A stretch of DNA of 64,000 nucleotides, taken from NCBI GenBank assembly GCA_963799845.1, contig CAWCYI010000006.1, positions 192,001 through 256,000 of the forward strand. The letters are read 5' to 3'. A model generated the notes under the pieces. It was given only the letters and a program-made list of their open reading frames with translations. It searched no databases and was not told where the DNA came from. Of this stretch, positions 10,640-21,229 are shown in pieces. The position numbers were made by a program, and so were the translations under genes. Within the stretch, counting starts at the first letter, position 1; each line of letters begins with the position of its first letter. The stretch is from an uncultured Nitrososphaerota archaeon. Its GTDB lineage: Archaea > Thermoproteota > Nitrososphaeria > Nitrososphaerales > CADDZS01.

Positions 10640-11383
10640 TTATCCGTAGAGTCTCTTGTCTTTGTCGGTGACTTGGTCATTCAACTTCCGGTATTGCTCG
10701 GACATCTCGCTCAATCGCTCATTCAACCTTTCAACATTCTGTTCGAGCTCACTGGTTCCGATATTGAGATCGTAAATCTGGTTTATAGATTTGATCAAGA
10801 CAAGAGCGGCGCCTGGATCAGGAATCTCGATTGAAACAGGCGTGAGAAGGGATACTCCGCTGACCCGCCGGGTCAAACACTGGTTTAGGATGCTTCCGCC
10901 GACGCCACTTATCATCGCGGATTGAATTGCGCTTATGCCCTTCTGCTCTAATTGCTTTATTCTTGTTTCGTCAGCAACGCTGTAAGCTTCCCTCTGATCA
11001 GGTATCCCAGACACGCCGACACCATCGAGAATGACTATTTCTCTAGCGTGGACCTGGTCTGTCCAGTCGAGAAGCGCCGAAGATATTTCGTAGAGGCCCT
11101 CAATATCGATTGGCATCTCGCATATCATTACAACGACTTTTCCCGGGTCATCGGTGTAGATCCGGAAAGGATGTCGAAGCTTGGCACCAACAAACACCGC
11201 GACGGGAGGAATATGTTGGGACTGCACATGAGCAATCTCGTGCAGATTCAGCTTCTCAATCATATAACCCGCGGTTACTAGTCCAACCAGACCAGGCCCC
11301 ACAAATCCACCAAAAACGATCGGCTCGTTGAATTGGTTTTTTCTGAACTCCACTACTTTGGTCTCGAAAAGATGATCGGACAA
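10640..11383 (-). CDS. Proteasome assembly chaperone (PAC2/PbaA-B family)
   Basis: GFVGPGLVG, PFRIY, PDPGAA. Confidence 0.85.
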   Translation of the reverse strand: MSDHLFETKVVEFRKNQFNEPIVFGGFVGPGLVGLVTAGYMIEKLNLHEIAHVQSQHIPPVAVFVGAKLRHPFRIYTDDPGKVVVMICEMPIDIEGLYEISSALLDWTDQVHAREIVILDGVGVSGIPDQREAYSVADETRIKQLEQKGISAIQSAMISGVGGSILNQCLTRRVSGVSLLTPVSIEIPDPGAALVLIKSINQIYDLNIGTSELEQNVERLNERLSEMSEQYRKLNDQVTDKDKRLYG

Positions 11384-11493
11384 CTTCTAAAACTCACTTC
11401 TGGTCGTGAAACTATGCATATGAGTTTTCAGTTGGAATTTTCGGGTGAATTGATTTAGCCTGGGGTCTTTGGGACCTAGAACCGCAAAGAACT

Positions 11494-12501
11494 CTATCTC
11501 TTGCGCTCAAAATACGATAGAACATTATCCCCGCATAATTTGATGAACGCCCTTTCATCCGGTGAAAGGCTCGCAACGTAGACGTGATCGAAACCCAGGT
11601 CGAAAGCACTCTCGATTGGCTTTATGAGATCCTCGGCTGATTGAGCGACCACGAATGCTTTCGCAAGCTGCTCATCACTTATGCCGGACCCCATCTTCTC
11701 TATCACCCTCGGATCGTAAATGGCATCCGTGAATACCTCTGGAAACAGAGTGCCGGCTTGAGTCCTCAGGGGGGCAAGCGCCTTATCATACTCTTTGTGA
11801 TAAGACATGTCTATTTCGATGACCTTTGTAATGTCGTCAAGTGTTTTACCAACCTTTCTTGCGCCTCTTTCGATTGCAGGAAACAGCTCGGCTTTTGCAT
11901 AATCCGCTCCCTTTATCGTAAGAAATCCGTCCCCCAGTTCGCCAGCAACCTCTGCCATTTTCGGCCCGGACGCTCCGATGTAGATGGGAAAACTTGCTTT
12001 CATGTACAGGTTTGCATCGCGTAACGTGAAATGTTTTCCTTTGAAAGTAACAAATTCTTCATTGATCAACTTTCGAATGATCTTTGCAGATTCTGTCACG
12101 CGTTCCCTCCTCTCCGGTACTCCAATCCACTCATAACCAAGTGGAAGTTCATTCAGGGCTTCGCCAGATCCGAGAGTGAGAAAAACACGCTTCCCGTGAA
12201 TTGCCTCCATGCTGGCGAAAGCCTGAGCAATGATCGCGGGATGGTACCTCAAAATTGAGGCCGTGACGCCAGTCCCGACAGGTATGGATTTCGTCCTATC
12301 AAGAAGAGTCGACATCCAGATCCATGCTTGAGTCTCTTTCGCTCCGGTGTGAAACCAGGGATGAAAATGATCTGAAGCCCAGATTGCGGAGAAACCTACT
12401 TTTTCAGCTTCTACTGCATAATCAAGCATCGTAACAGCATCGGCGATGTCTAGATTGCATGAATAACTGACCGTATTGCGCTTTATCATCGACCCGGGCA
12501 A
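11494..12501 (-). CDS. F420-dependent LLM-class oxidoreductase (FGD/G6PDH-like)
   Basis: SDHFHPW, RYHPAIIAQAFAS, GSGEALNE, A.GP. Confidence 0.85.
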   Translation of the reverse strand: MPGSMIKRNTVSYSCNLDIADAVTMLDYAVEAEKVGFSAIWASDHFHPWFHTGAKETQAWIWMSTLLDRTKSIPVGTGVTASILRYHPAIIAQAFASMEAIHGKRVFLTLGSGEALNELPLGYEWIGVPERRERVTESAKIIRKLINEEFVTFKGKHFTLRDANLYMKASFPIYIGASGPKMAEVAGELGDGFLTIKGADYAKAELFPAIERGARKVGKTLDDITKVIEIDMSYHKEYDKALAPLRTQAGTLFPEVFTDAIYDPRVIEKMGSGISDEQLAKAFVVAQSAEDLIKPIESAFDLGFDHVYVASLSPDERAFIKLCGDNVLSYFERKR

Positions 12502-12762
12502 ATTTGATCATGCCAGAAAAGAGGAAGCATATATTCTGATTGTCAGAGCTCGAAAGACGCTGTCACTTGAATCACCCCTCGAACTTTCTTGTTTTTTCAG
12601 GATGTACTCCCGATGGCAAGCTCCGCATTCCTGAAACTATTTTACAAGTGACGTTACTGTAATATTACTGGATAACAGAGAACGGACTTGCGTTTATCTC
12701 AAAGTTATATGCACGTTGAAATTTCACCAGTAAACCGAACTGAATTCTCGAGTCGAACAAGA

Positions 12763-13116
12763 TCACGCTTCATGAGCAAGCTTTCTCAATTTCCCGACTC
12801 TCATCCTTACGATCCGGACGAGCCTTGACTTTAGCTCCTCGGGTGTTAGATTCTGGGATGACACAGTTTGAATCTGTTTTGCAAGCGTTGGATCACCCAG
12901 CATGCGAACCCAATTTTCAAAGTCATGCCTTTGCGAATGGAAATAAATGGACTCTGGATCAATGGATTCGATTTCGGAAAGGAATTCTCGAAGGCTCGTT
13001 GCTTTCAGTCCAGAGGGGGAACCTTCTCCCTTGTAAAAGTAAAACGCGCTTTCGCTCGGAACTGTTCTCAAAATATCTGAAACACTCTTGCTTGGGTTCG
13101 AACCTGATTCAGCCAT
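12763..13116 (-). CDS. DUF5752-like small protein
   Basis: AFYFY, A.SL.EF, SIYFH...DFENWV. Confidence 0.7.
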   Translation of the reverse strand: MAESGSNPSKSVSDILRTVPSESAFYFYKGEGSPSGLKATSLREFLSEIESIDPESIYFHSQRHDFENWVRMLGDPTLAKQIQTVSSQNLTPEELKSRLVRIVRMRVGKLRKLAHEA

Positions 13117-13242
13117 GGTTCAATACTCAGGCCAACCCACGCTTAAGCTTACCTTTCTCGCAGCGCACTCGGCGTGCTGACGGGAGCTCTTAATAGTGAA
13201 AACGAGATGGGAATAATTCCCGAATAGAGTGTTGAGATCGAC

Positions 13243-16071
13243 TTGGAGAAGGCTTCATTCGAGTTCCTCTCGAAAGATATCAGAGATATTCTGACAGAAC
13301 TGGGATTCTCCAAGGAAACCCCTGTTCAAACAGAAGCAATCCCCGCAATTCTCTCAGGGGAAAACGTGCTGATAATCTCCCCGACCGGATCAGGGAAGAC
13401 AGAAGCCGCACTTCTTCCGGTTTTCGAGAAGATCAGATCTGAAAAGGGAACATTTGGTACAAAGGCACTTTACATTACTCCGCTTCGAGCCCTGAATCGT
13501 GACATGTTGAAACGACTTCAGATGTGGGCTAGACAACTTGAACTGACCGTTGAGGTCCGGCACGGCGACACTTCCCAATCTGACAGAAGAAAGCAGTCAC
13601 TGCACCCCCCGGACATATTGATTACGACACCAGAGACTCTGCAAGTGCTTCTAGTAGGATCACGACTAAGGGCCAATCTAAAGAGTCTCAAATATATAGT
13701 CGTTGACGAAATTCACCAGCTCGCGGGCGACCGTCGGGGTTCCCAACTGTCTTTCGGTCTCGAACGACTGCAGAAGGTCGTCGGACAGGGAGCCCAGCTA
13801 ATCGGCCTCTCTGCGACAGTAGGTAATCCCAAGGAAATGGCAAGATTTCTCTGCGGAAATGAGCGGCCATTTCGCCTTGTTGATACGAGCAGAATTCTAA
13901 AAGCTGCGGAATACTCGGTCGAGATGCCTTCTCCAACCAAAGAGGACGAAATTCAATCCAGAGAGCTGTTCGTCAGTCCACAAACTGTAGCTAGAATCCA
14001 GAGGATCTTGGATTTGATCGAGGGCCACGAAAGGACCTTGATTTTCGTAAACAGCAGGACAGTCGCCGAAGAACTCGGCTCACGACTAGGCATGCTCGGA
14101 ACGAAGGTGGGCGTTCACCACGGCTCGCTCCCCCGCGAAGAAAGGGAAAGAGTGGAGCAGGAATTCAAAGAAGGCATAATTAGGGCAATGGTTTCCACCG
14201 CTACTTTAGAACTTGGCATTGACATCGGTTCTGTCGATCTCGTAATTCAATACATGTCTCCGAGGCAGGTCAACTCTCTGATTCAAAGAGTCGGAAGATC
14301 TGGTCATAGCCTGTCGAGAAAGTCTGAGGGAATAATTCTTTCTGTCAGCCCGGAGGATAGTCTGGAGTCGATTGCGATCTCCAACGAAGCGGTGGCGAGA
14401 AGACTGGAAGCGACTGTTATCCACGAATCGCCACTGGACGTTTTGGCTCATCAAGTGGCAGGACTGTTGATGGAGTATGGGGAAATCACACAAGACGAGA
14501 TTCTGGACATGTCGCATAGGTCGTTCTCTTTCAGATCACTCACAAAAAACTCTTTGCAGGCAGTACTCGCGTTCATGGAAAAACTCGGTTATCTGACGAT
14601 AGATGGCGACAGGGTAATCCGAAGAAGAAAGTGCCGGGAATACTATTTGCAAAATCTCTCCATGATTCGTGATGAACGGCGTTACTCTGTCGTGGATATG
14701 ACCACTCAGAAAAGGGTCGGTATTCTAGGAGAGGAGTTCATGATGATCCACGCAAAGGTAGGCATCCACTTCATAATCAAGGGCAAGGTTTGGCAGATCG
14801 AATCTATCCAGGAAGATATGGTCTACGTTACTCCGATAGTTGACCCGAGTGCGGCAGTTCCCGGGTGGGATGGCGAGATGATTCCGATACCAGAATCTGT
14901 CGCGAGAAACGTAGCAATCGAGAGGGGCAGAATTGAGGTACTACTCGATCATCCGCTCGAAGATTCTAACCTGACGCGCGCTCTGAACTGGAATGCTGAA
15001 AAATCAGCGAGACTCGAAGTCGTGGATGAAATCAGAACACAGATTTCGAATTATAGAGTTCCAACCGAAAAGAGAATCGTGGTAGAGCGCTTCAAGAATT
15101 TCCTCATTATTCATACCTCCGCTGGAGATAGAGTAAATTCAACCCTAGGCGAACTTTTTGAAGAGATATTGATTCGAATGGGAGGACTGGTCAGACACTG
15201 GTGGACCGATGGATATCGAATTTTGATCGAGCTGACAACCGATGAATACGAAACGGAAAAGTTAGCAGAGAAGATTTTTCACTACGACAGCACGCTTCCC
15301 AGTTTTATCGAAGGGGTTCTCCGCAAGCACTTCCCATTCGGCTACGAGATGAAATTCATAGCGGAAAGATTTGGGGCGCTAAAGAGAGGGCGTCTAATGT
15401 CCGGTGACGAAATGAAGGAGCTGGGAGTAAAATTCAGATTCACGCCTATCTACGAAGAAACGATGAGGGAAGCCTTCGAAACGAAGGTTGACATTCCGAG
15501 AACGGTCGAAATTCTCAAAGATTGCGAAGAAGGGAAGATCAAGCTAGTCACGGTTGTTTCCGAAAAACCTAGTCCACTTGCAATGTATATACTTTCACGA
15601 TACGCGGAAGACGAAGACTATGCCGATTCCGCCGTTAACTCCGTCGAGTCAATGAAAGCCCACATCGAAAAAGAGGTTGCCAGCTTTCTATGCTTCGATT
15701 GCGGGAATCTGAAAGAATTCGTCCGAGTGGGAGATCTCGAAGAATTCCCAAAGTGCGAAAAGTGCAGCTCAAGGCTCATGGCTGTCCTGTTTTACGGGGC
15801 TAGATTTACTACGAGCGCTCTGCTGAAGAAAAAATCGAAGAAGCAAGCTCTTACGAAGGATGAAAACGATGTTCTCTCGAAGACAAGGAGGTCCGCAGAT
15901 CTCGTTCTAGCATATGGAAAAAAGGCGGTTATCGCCTTGAGCGTTTACGGGGTGGGTCCTCAGATGGCAGCAAGAGTACTTTCGCGAATGCACGATTCGG
16001 AGCAGGAGTTTTACGACGACTTGCTAGAAGCAAAGCTCAAATTTATTGAAACCAAAAAATACTGGGACTAG
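13243..16071 (+). CDS. lhr: Lhr-like DEAD/H helicase with C-terminal Zn ribbon
   Basis: PTGSGKTEAA, PLRALNRD, DEIH, SAT, HHGSL, QRVGRSGH, CFDC..CEKC, GVGP. Confidence 0.9.
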   Translation: MEKASFEFLSKDIRDILTELGFSKETPVQTEAIPAILSGENVLIISPTGSGKTEAALLPVFEKIRSEKGTFGTKALYITPLRALNRDMLKRLQMWARQLELTVEVRHGDTSQSDRRKQSLHPPDILITTPETLQVLLVGSRLRANLKSLKYIVVDEIHQLAGDRRGSQLSFGLERLQKVVGQGAQLIGLSATVGNPKEMARFLCGNERPFRLVDTSRILKAAEYSVEMPSPTKEDEIQSRELFVSPQTVARIQRILDLIEGHERTLIFVNSRTVAEELGSRLGMLGTKVGVHHGSLPREERERVEQEFKEGIIRAMVSTATLELGIDIGSVDLVIQYMSPRQVNSLIQRVGRSGHSLSRKSEGIILSVSPEDSLESIAISNEAVARRLEATVIHESPLDVLAHQVAGLLMEYGEITQDEILDMSHRSFSFRSLTKNSLQAVLAFMEKLGYLTIDGDRVIRRRKCREYYLQNLSMIRDERRYSVVDMTTQKRVGILGEEFMMIHAKVGIHFIIKGKVWQIESIQEDMVYVTPIVDPSAAVPGWDGEMIPIPESVARNVAIERGRIEVLLDHPLEDSNLTRALNWNAEKSARLEVVDEIRTQISNYRVPTEKRIVVERFKNFLIIHTSAGDRVNSTLGELFEEILIRMGGLVRHWWTDGYRILIELTTDEYETEKLAEKIFHYDSTLPSFIEGVLRKHFPFGYEMKFIAERFGALKRGRLMSGDEMKELGVKFRFTPIYEETMREAFETKVDIPRTVEILKDCEEGKIKLVTVVSEKPSPLAMYILSRYAEDEDYADSAVNSVESMKAHIEKEVASFLCFDCGNLKEFVRVGDLEEFPKCEKCSSRLMAVLFYGARFTTSALLKKKSKKQALTKDENDVLSKTRRSADLVLAYGKKAVIALSVYGVGPQMAARVLSRMHDSEQEFYDDLLEAKLKFIETKKYWD

Positions 16072-16079
16072 TCAATAAG

Positions 16080-16256
16080 TTGTCTGAGCAGTTTGAAACC
16101 AGGTTCTGTGATCGATGCATGACGAGAACCAAGAATTACATAGTGAATTATGAAAATGTGAGGAACCCACGGGGTTACGCGAACTTCAAATGCGGCAAAT
16201 GTGGAAGGGAAAGAAGGATGCGCCTTCTACGTCCCAGCGCCGAATCATCGTACTGA
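16080..16256 (+). CDS. Small Zn-ribbon protein (58 aa, absent from the ORF track)
   Basis: TTG 8 nt after the lhr stop; MSEQFETRFCDRC...FKCGKCGRERRMRLLRPSAESSY*. Confidence 0.65.
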   Translation: MSEQFETRFCDRCMTRTKNYIVNYENVRNPRGYANFKCGKCGRERRMRLLRPSAESSY

Positions 16257-17114
16257 TTTTATGGTCTTTACTGTCGCGCCTAATTTTTTCGCAGCAGTAA
16301 TCATCTCGGAAGCCGCTTTTTCCAGCTGGCCCACCGATTTTTCTTTGTCCTGCGCTTTGGACGTGAGGATCAATTGAACGTGAATGATTGACTTGCCATT
16401 CTCAAAGCCCATCGGGTGCGACTTGACATAGAGGAGCGGCGAGTATTTTTTCGAAATTCGAGCAACCGGTGTCGAAATTCTTGATTCAGAAGTGCCGACG
16501 AGTTCGAGCCATTCCTCAGCATTGATGAATTTTGAGGAGGTTTCCTGTATTCTGGGAACTAGCTCTTCTGTAAAAATTGCCTTCATTTCACTTGGAACTC
16601 CGGGCAACGATGCTATAGTCGTATTCCCAACTTTGAGCAAAACTCCTGCCGCACTCCCGACCGAATTGTAAAGAGCGGTCGCCCCACGAGGGATCATCGC
16701 CATCTTCAGACTTGCCTTCGGCAAGCGGCGGATCGGATGATTGAACATTTTCCTTCTTCGCTCATAACTGTCCTTCAACATCTGAACCGCCGAATCGTCA
16801 AGATAGAGCTCCTTTCCGACAGATTTCGCGAGACCCTCGATTGTCATGTCGTCGTAAGTGGGTCCGAGGCCGCCTATAGAAAATATCCACTCCGGCTTTC
16901 TCCTAAGACATTCCTTGAAGGTTAATATTATGACACCCAATTCATCTCTAATAGTGGTTTTTCTTGTTACCCTTACGCCGAGCTTCGTAAGCTCCTCCGA
17001 CATCCAATGTGAGTTAGTATCGAGAGTAGTTCCATTTAGGAGCTCGTTTCCAACGACGAGGATTTCTGTTTTAACCTGTTTTGACTCTTGTTCTTTCTGG
17101 GAATCTATGCTCAA
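16245..17114 (-). CDS. CinA-like molybdopterin-binding domain protein
   Basis: VGNELLNG.T.DTN, GGLGPTYDDMT, LPGVPSEM; start placed at TTG 17114 to avoid overlap with the GTPase. Confidence 0.85.
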   Translation of the reverse strand: MSIDSQKEQESKQVKTEILVVGNELLNGTTLDTNSHWMSEELTKLGVRVTRKTTIRDELGVIILTFKECLRRKPEWIFSIGGLGPTYDDMTIEGLAKSVGKELYLDDSAVQMLKDSYERRRKMFNHPIRRLPKASLKMAMIPRGATALYNSVGSAAGVLLKVGNTTIASLPGVPSEMKAIFTEELVPRIQETSSKFINAEEWLELVGTSESRISTPVARISKKYSPLLYVKSHPMGFENGKSIIHVQLILTSKAQDKEKSVGQLEKAASEMITAAKKLGATVKTIKSVR

Positions 17115-17160
17115 ACGGAAACGTTCATCTCTGATGCGACGACAATTAAGTTGATTTCTA

Positions 17161-17917
17161 TTGCGGGCAATATTTCTTACAGGAACGGCAGGAGCAGGCA
17201 AGTCAACTCTTTGTTCGGTCTTGGCACCTTGGTATACGGACAAGGGTTCGACGGTTGCGACGGTAAATTTGGATCCGGGAGTTCAGGAACTACCATACGA
17301 GCCTGACATTGACATCAGAGAAATGATCGATATTTCGACCGTGATGCAGAACTACCAGCTGGGGCCAAACGGAGCCCTGATTATGGCGGCGGACCTTGTT
17401 GCGACGCGAATAAATGACATCCAAGATTCCCTAGAATCCATAAACCCCGATTACGCGATCTTCGATACCCCGGGCCAAATCGAACTGTTTGCCTATCGTA
17501 ACAGTGGACCCTACATCGTGGACAACGTTACTGCCGAGGCCACGACGATGCTCTTCCTTTTCGATTCTACTCTCGTCTCAACTCCGAGCAACTTCCTGAG
17601 TATAGCCCTGCTCTCTGCCTCGATTAGACTCAGGTTGAAGGTCCCGCACATCTCTGTTCTGTCTAGAAAAGACATGCTCGGGCCGAATCTCAAGAAAGTC
17701 CTTTCCTGGTCTTCCAACGCCTACAAATTGGAAGAAGCGCTTAGGCAGGAATCAATGCACAGCTGACGAGCTGGACTCCATACTGCTCAGGGATATTTCG
17801 CGAGCAGGGATGTCGAGCGAACTTTACCCTGTTTCTGCGACAACGCGTGATGGTCTTCTCGATCTTAGCGCAGTGATAACCCGACAACTGAATCAAGGCG
17901 AGGAGAATGAAGAATAA
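17161..17917 (+). pseudogene. GPN-loop GTPase, +1 frameshift near 17761 (probably a sequencing error)
   Basis: GTAGAGKST, NLDPG, LGPNGA, DTPGQIELF; the +1 frame continues DELDSILLRD...LYPVSATTRDGL...EENEE* to 17917. Confidence 0.85.
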
Positions 17918-18046
17918 ATTGTGTAGAATCAATCATGCTTCTGCCGTTAACTTAGCATCATCACCTTTTTGATTTCCGTTATGAATGATTTCTTGTATCC
18001 GGGCTGATTGTGCAGCCAGAAAAGGTTTATCCAATTGAAGACGTGT

Positions 18047-19082
18047 TCTCTTATCAAACAATTATTTCGCTCCATAGTCAACAAGGTTAGGCTGGGGGAC
18101 TATTGGAGGAGCATCTGGAAGAAGCATGGCTATGGGTCAAGAAAGCTTTCAGAGGAAAAGGTGGTGTGGGTGGTCAAGGCTAGAGAGAGCGGCCTTGCAG
18201 CCAGGGATATCGCATCAACCCAGAACATCACCGTGAGAAGAGTGGAGCAGCTTTATGCCCAATACAGGGAATCCGGAGAGATACCATCTCTCAAGAAGGC
18301 AGGCAGAAAAAGAATCGAGATCCCAATTGAGGAGAGGAATGCGATCATCGAAGCTTCAAGGAAGTTTGGCGTCGGAGCCTGCTACCTCGTTTCAATCCTC
18401 AAGAGAGATTACGGCATCGATGAAACAAACCACATGCGAGTCTATAGCGTATTGAAGGAGGAAGGATTGTTGTACAATACAGCAAGGACGCGCTTCAAGC
18501 GCAAGTGGATCAGATATGAAAGGGAGCATTCCAATTCGTTGTGGCACGTCGATTGGCACGAGATGAAATCGTCAGTATACAGGGGCAAGTGGCTGGTAAT
18601 CTACGAGGATGACGCATCGAGGTACATCATGGGTTATGGCGTGTTTGACTCTCCGTCGTCTGAAAATGCAGTGAGCGTCCTGAAGGAAGCGATCAGGGAA
18701 CATGGCAGACCAGCATCAATCCTCTCAGACAGAGGTACATCCTTCTATGCGGTCGAAGCTGAAACAAAAACGAAAGGTCTCACTGAATTCGAGCTCTATC
18801 TGATGAGGAATCACATCAAACATATTCTTTCAAGAGTGAGACATCCCCAAACCAATGGAAAATTGGAGAAGCTCTTTGATACGGTTGAAAGAGGACTCGC
18901 GAAGGGATTCTCTCCGATTGAGGAGTGCGTACGCTGGTACAACTGCATCAAGCCCCACGGAGCCCTTGATCTGGAGAGAGCTGAAACTCCACTGGAAGCC
19001 TACTACAGGAAGATGGAAATAAAAGAGGAACTCATAGATCCTTCAATCATGTGGGAGAGCGAAATGATTCTTTGATAGAACA
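18047..19082 (+). mobile_element. IS481-family insertion sequence
   Basis: 24-bp imperfect IRs (tctcttatcaaacaattatttcgc / revcomp tgttctatcaaagaatcatttcgc); DDE transposase ending at 19075 with WHVD, DDASR, SDRG, HPQTNGKLEK; no target duplication seen. Confidence 0.88.
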
Positions 19083-19150
19083 TTCTCAAGGTCAACCCTC
19101 AAAGTATATATTTGGGTTTAGTCCCTAACATCTAGCTTGGTCTAACCCGT

Positions 19151-19798
19151 ATGTCGTTCATCGAGGGCTATCCAGACAGTGATGTCGCCAGGGGCCTTGA
19201 TGAACTCGAACGTCCGAGCGACAACGACCTGGTAATCCTCAAGGCGATGGGCGAAGATGAGGATGCAAAAGAGCTATCCTTCCAGGGTATAAAGCGGAAA
19301 CTCGGCCTCCATCAGGAAACCCTTTCTCGCGCTCTTCACAGATTGCAGCGCGACGGATTTGTCGAGCGGCTTGATCACGCTTACAGGATCAGTCCCAAAG
19401 GAATCTCCACGATCGGAGAAACAAAGCCAGGATTATCTCCCAAGATGGAAATAGGTGATCCGTATTCGATATCGTTGCTTAGAGCGAGACTGCCTTCGGA
19501 CGTTAATATTTCGGAGCTCGTTAATTCTCTTAGTTACAAGTGGTTTGGAAACCTGCGATGGCTGGGCTCAACTCAAGCGCCAGATTCTGCGACGCTAAGC
19601 TGGATGACCAATGACTCCGGATTGAAGATCTCGATCAGGATTAAGGAAGATGTTCTTACGATCGAGACATTCCCTCTGGGATCAAATTCGGTTTCTGATG
19701 CGGCGAGATCTGCATTCGAACTTTTCGATCATGTTTCGAAGGCGTTGAAGGGATCTACTCGTTCCTCCAGCTCAGGCATCAATGCGCGAGCTGGTTAA
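19151..19798 (+). CDS. Winged-helix (MarR-like) DNA-binding protein
   Basis: FQGIKRKLGLHQETLSRALHRLQRDGFV HTH followed by a wing. Confidence 0.75.
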   Translation: MSFIEGYPDSDVARGLDELERPSDNDLVILKAMGEDEDAKELSFQGIKRKLGLHQETLSRALHRLQRDGFVERLDHAYRISPKGISTIGETKPGLSPKMEIGDPYSISLLRARLPSDVNISELVNSLSYKWFGNLRWLGSTQAPDSATLSWMTNDSGLKISIRIKEDVLTIETFPLGSNSVSDAARSAFELFDHVSKALKGSTRSSSSGINARAG

Positions 19799-19881
19799 GC
19801 TGTGACTTGCTGACTCGTCAGTTAGTCAATAACTATCGTTCATTTCCAATACTCATCCTAACGAAGAAGGACATTCAAAAC

Positions 19882-20463
19882 ATGACTACTATTGTAGGAA
19901 TAAATTGTAAGGACGGAGTTGTTTTGTCTTCGGACAAAAGAGCTTCCAAGGGCTTCTTCATCGGGTCCAAGGAAACGCAAAAGATACTCCCAGTTGATGA
20001 AACGATCGCGGTCGCGATCGCCGGTCAGGTTTCTGACGCGGAGTACCTGGTCAATGCAGTCAGAGCGGAAAGAAAACTGGTGACGCTCCAGAGAGGGTTT
20101 CCCCTAACGGTAAAGGAGACTTCCAAGCTGATCGCGAATATCGCGTACAACGGCATGAAGAGCTACCAGCCATACTATGCTGAATTCATCGTCGCCGGAG
20201 TCGATCAGACCGGGCCTCACGTATTCATTTCCGACATGAGTGGCGCGGTGTCGCCCGAGGAATACGTCTCGACTGGTTCTGGAAGTCCAATCGCGTACGG
20301 TGTTCTGGAAAGCAGCTACCACAAAGACCTGACGATGGAAGAAGGTAAGAAAATTGGAACATCGGCGGTCAAAGCAGCAATGGAAAGAGATCCTGGATCA
20401 GGAAACGGCATTGACGTGCTCGCAATCCCTCTCCTCGTCGCTCCAACCATGAGCGTGAACTAG
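19882..20463 (+). CDS. psmB: Proteasome beta subunit, apparently without propeptide
   Basis: MTTIVG, D17/K33 region (SDKRAS...QKI), TGSG, RDPGSG; ATG 19882 preceded by GAAGGA. Confidence 0.88.
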   Translation: MTTIVGINCKDGVVLSSDKRASKGFFIGSKETQKILPVDETIAVAIAGQVSDAEYLVNAVRAERKLVTLQRGFPLTVKETSKLIANIAYNGMKSYQPYYAEFIVAGVDQTGPHVFISDMSGAVSPEEYVSTGSGSPIAYGVLESSYHKDLTMEEGKKIGTSAVKAAMERDPGSGNGIDVLAIPLLVAPTMSVN

Positions 20464-20483
20464 AAAAGAGGTTGAAGAAAAAA

Positions 20484-21161
20484 ATGGAATCACAACAGCA
20501 ACAAGCGGGTGGAAGGATGCCCTACTTCTACGGGCCTGAAGGGAGCCTAGTCCAAGTAGACTTTGCTCTTGAAGCAGTAAACCGTGGTTCGACTACTCTG
20601 GGAATAAAGACAAGCGATGTCGCAATTCTCGCAAGCCAGCTAAAGCCCACGAGGCCCCTGATTGATCCGTCGGAGAAGGTATTTCTTGTCGACGACCACA
20701 TCGGAGCGACTGGCGCGGGATACATCGGTGACGTCCTAAAACTCATCCAGGAACTGCGGGTCGAAGCACAGAAGCACAATCTGACCTTCGGTTCGCCCAT
20801 TGACATCAAGACGGCAGCGGAGACTCTGAGCTCCTATCTCCACCAGTACACCATCTACGCAGTTAGACCCCTAGGTGCCTCGGTCATAATGGCCGGAAAA
20901 GATCCGACAGGTGTCCAGCTGTACCAGGTAGACCCGAGCGGAACATTCTTCCGAGGATCTGCTTTCGCAATCGGCTACAAATCAGAGCAGGCAATCGAAT
21001 ACATACAGAGAAAATATGATCCGAATCTATCAAAGGATCAACTCATCGTCTTGGCTCAAGACGCAATCAAGAGTGCAACCAGCGAAGACGCTCCAATCGA
21101 AATCGGCATCGTCAACGGAACCGACTCCAAGTTCCACAAGATGCCTTTACTGACTCACTAG
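20484..21161 (+). CDS. psmA: Proteasome alpha subunit, divergent N-terminus
   Basis: FYGPEGSLVQVDFA, EKVFLVDDHIG, RPLGAS, LYQVDPSG, AIG. Confidence 0.88.
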   Translation: MESQQQQAGGRMPYFYGPEGSLVQVDFALEAVNRGSTTLGIKTSDVAILASQLKPTRPLIDPSEKVFLVDDHIGATGAGYIGDVLKLIQELRVEAQKHNLTFGSPIDIKTAAETLSSYLHQYTIYAVRPLGASVIMAGKDPTGVQLYQVDPSGTFFRGSAFAIGYKSEQAIEYIQRKYDPNLSKDQLIVLAQDAIKSATSEDAPIEIGIVNGTDSKFHKMPLLTH

Positions 21162-21171
21162 ACGAACTAGA

Positions 21172-21211
21172 CCCGGTTGGCAACGGCCAACACGGGCACT
21201 TTTTTTCTTTT
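21172..21211 (+). terminator. Hairpin plus U-tract after psmA
   Basis: cccg-gttgg...ccaac-acggg stem followed by T-rich tract. Confidence 0.5.
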
Positions 21212-21229
21212 ACTGACGGCAACGTTTTT

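Noticed and set aside
17115-17243. N-terminal extension of the CinA-like ORF
   Set aside because: It overlaps the divergent GPN GTPase, and homology starts downstream of TTG 17114.
17925-18010. C/D box sRNA-like words (GTGATGA...CAGA...ATGA on the minus strand)
   Set aside because: No terminal D box at a suitable distance and no recognisable rRNA or tRNA complementarity.
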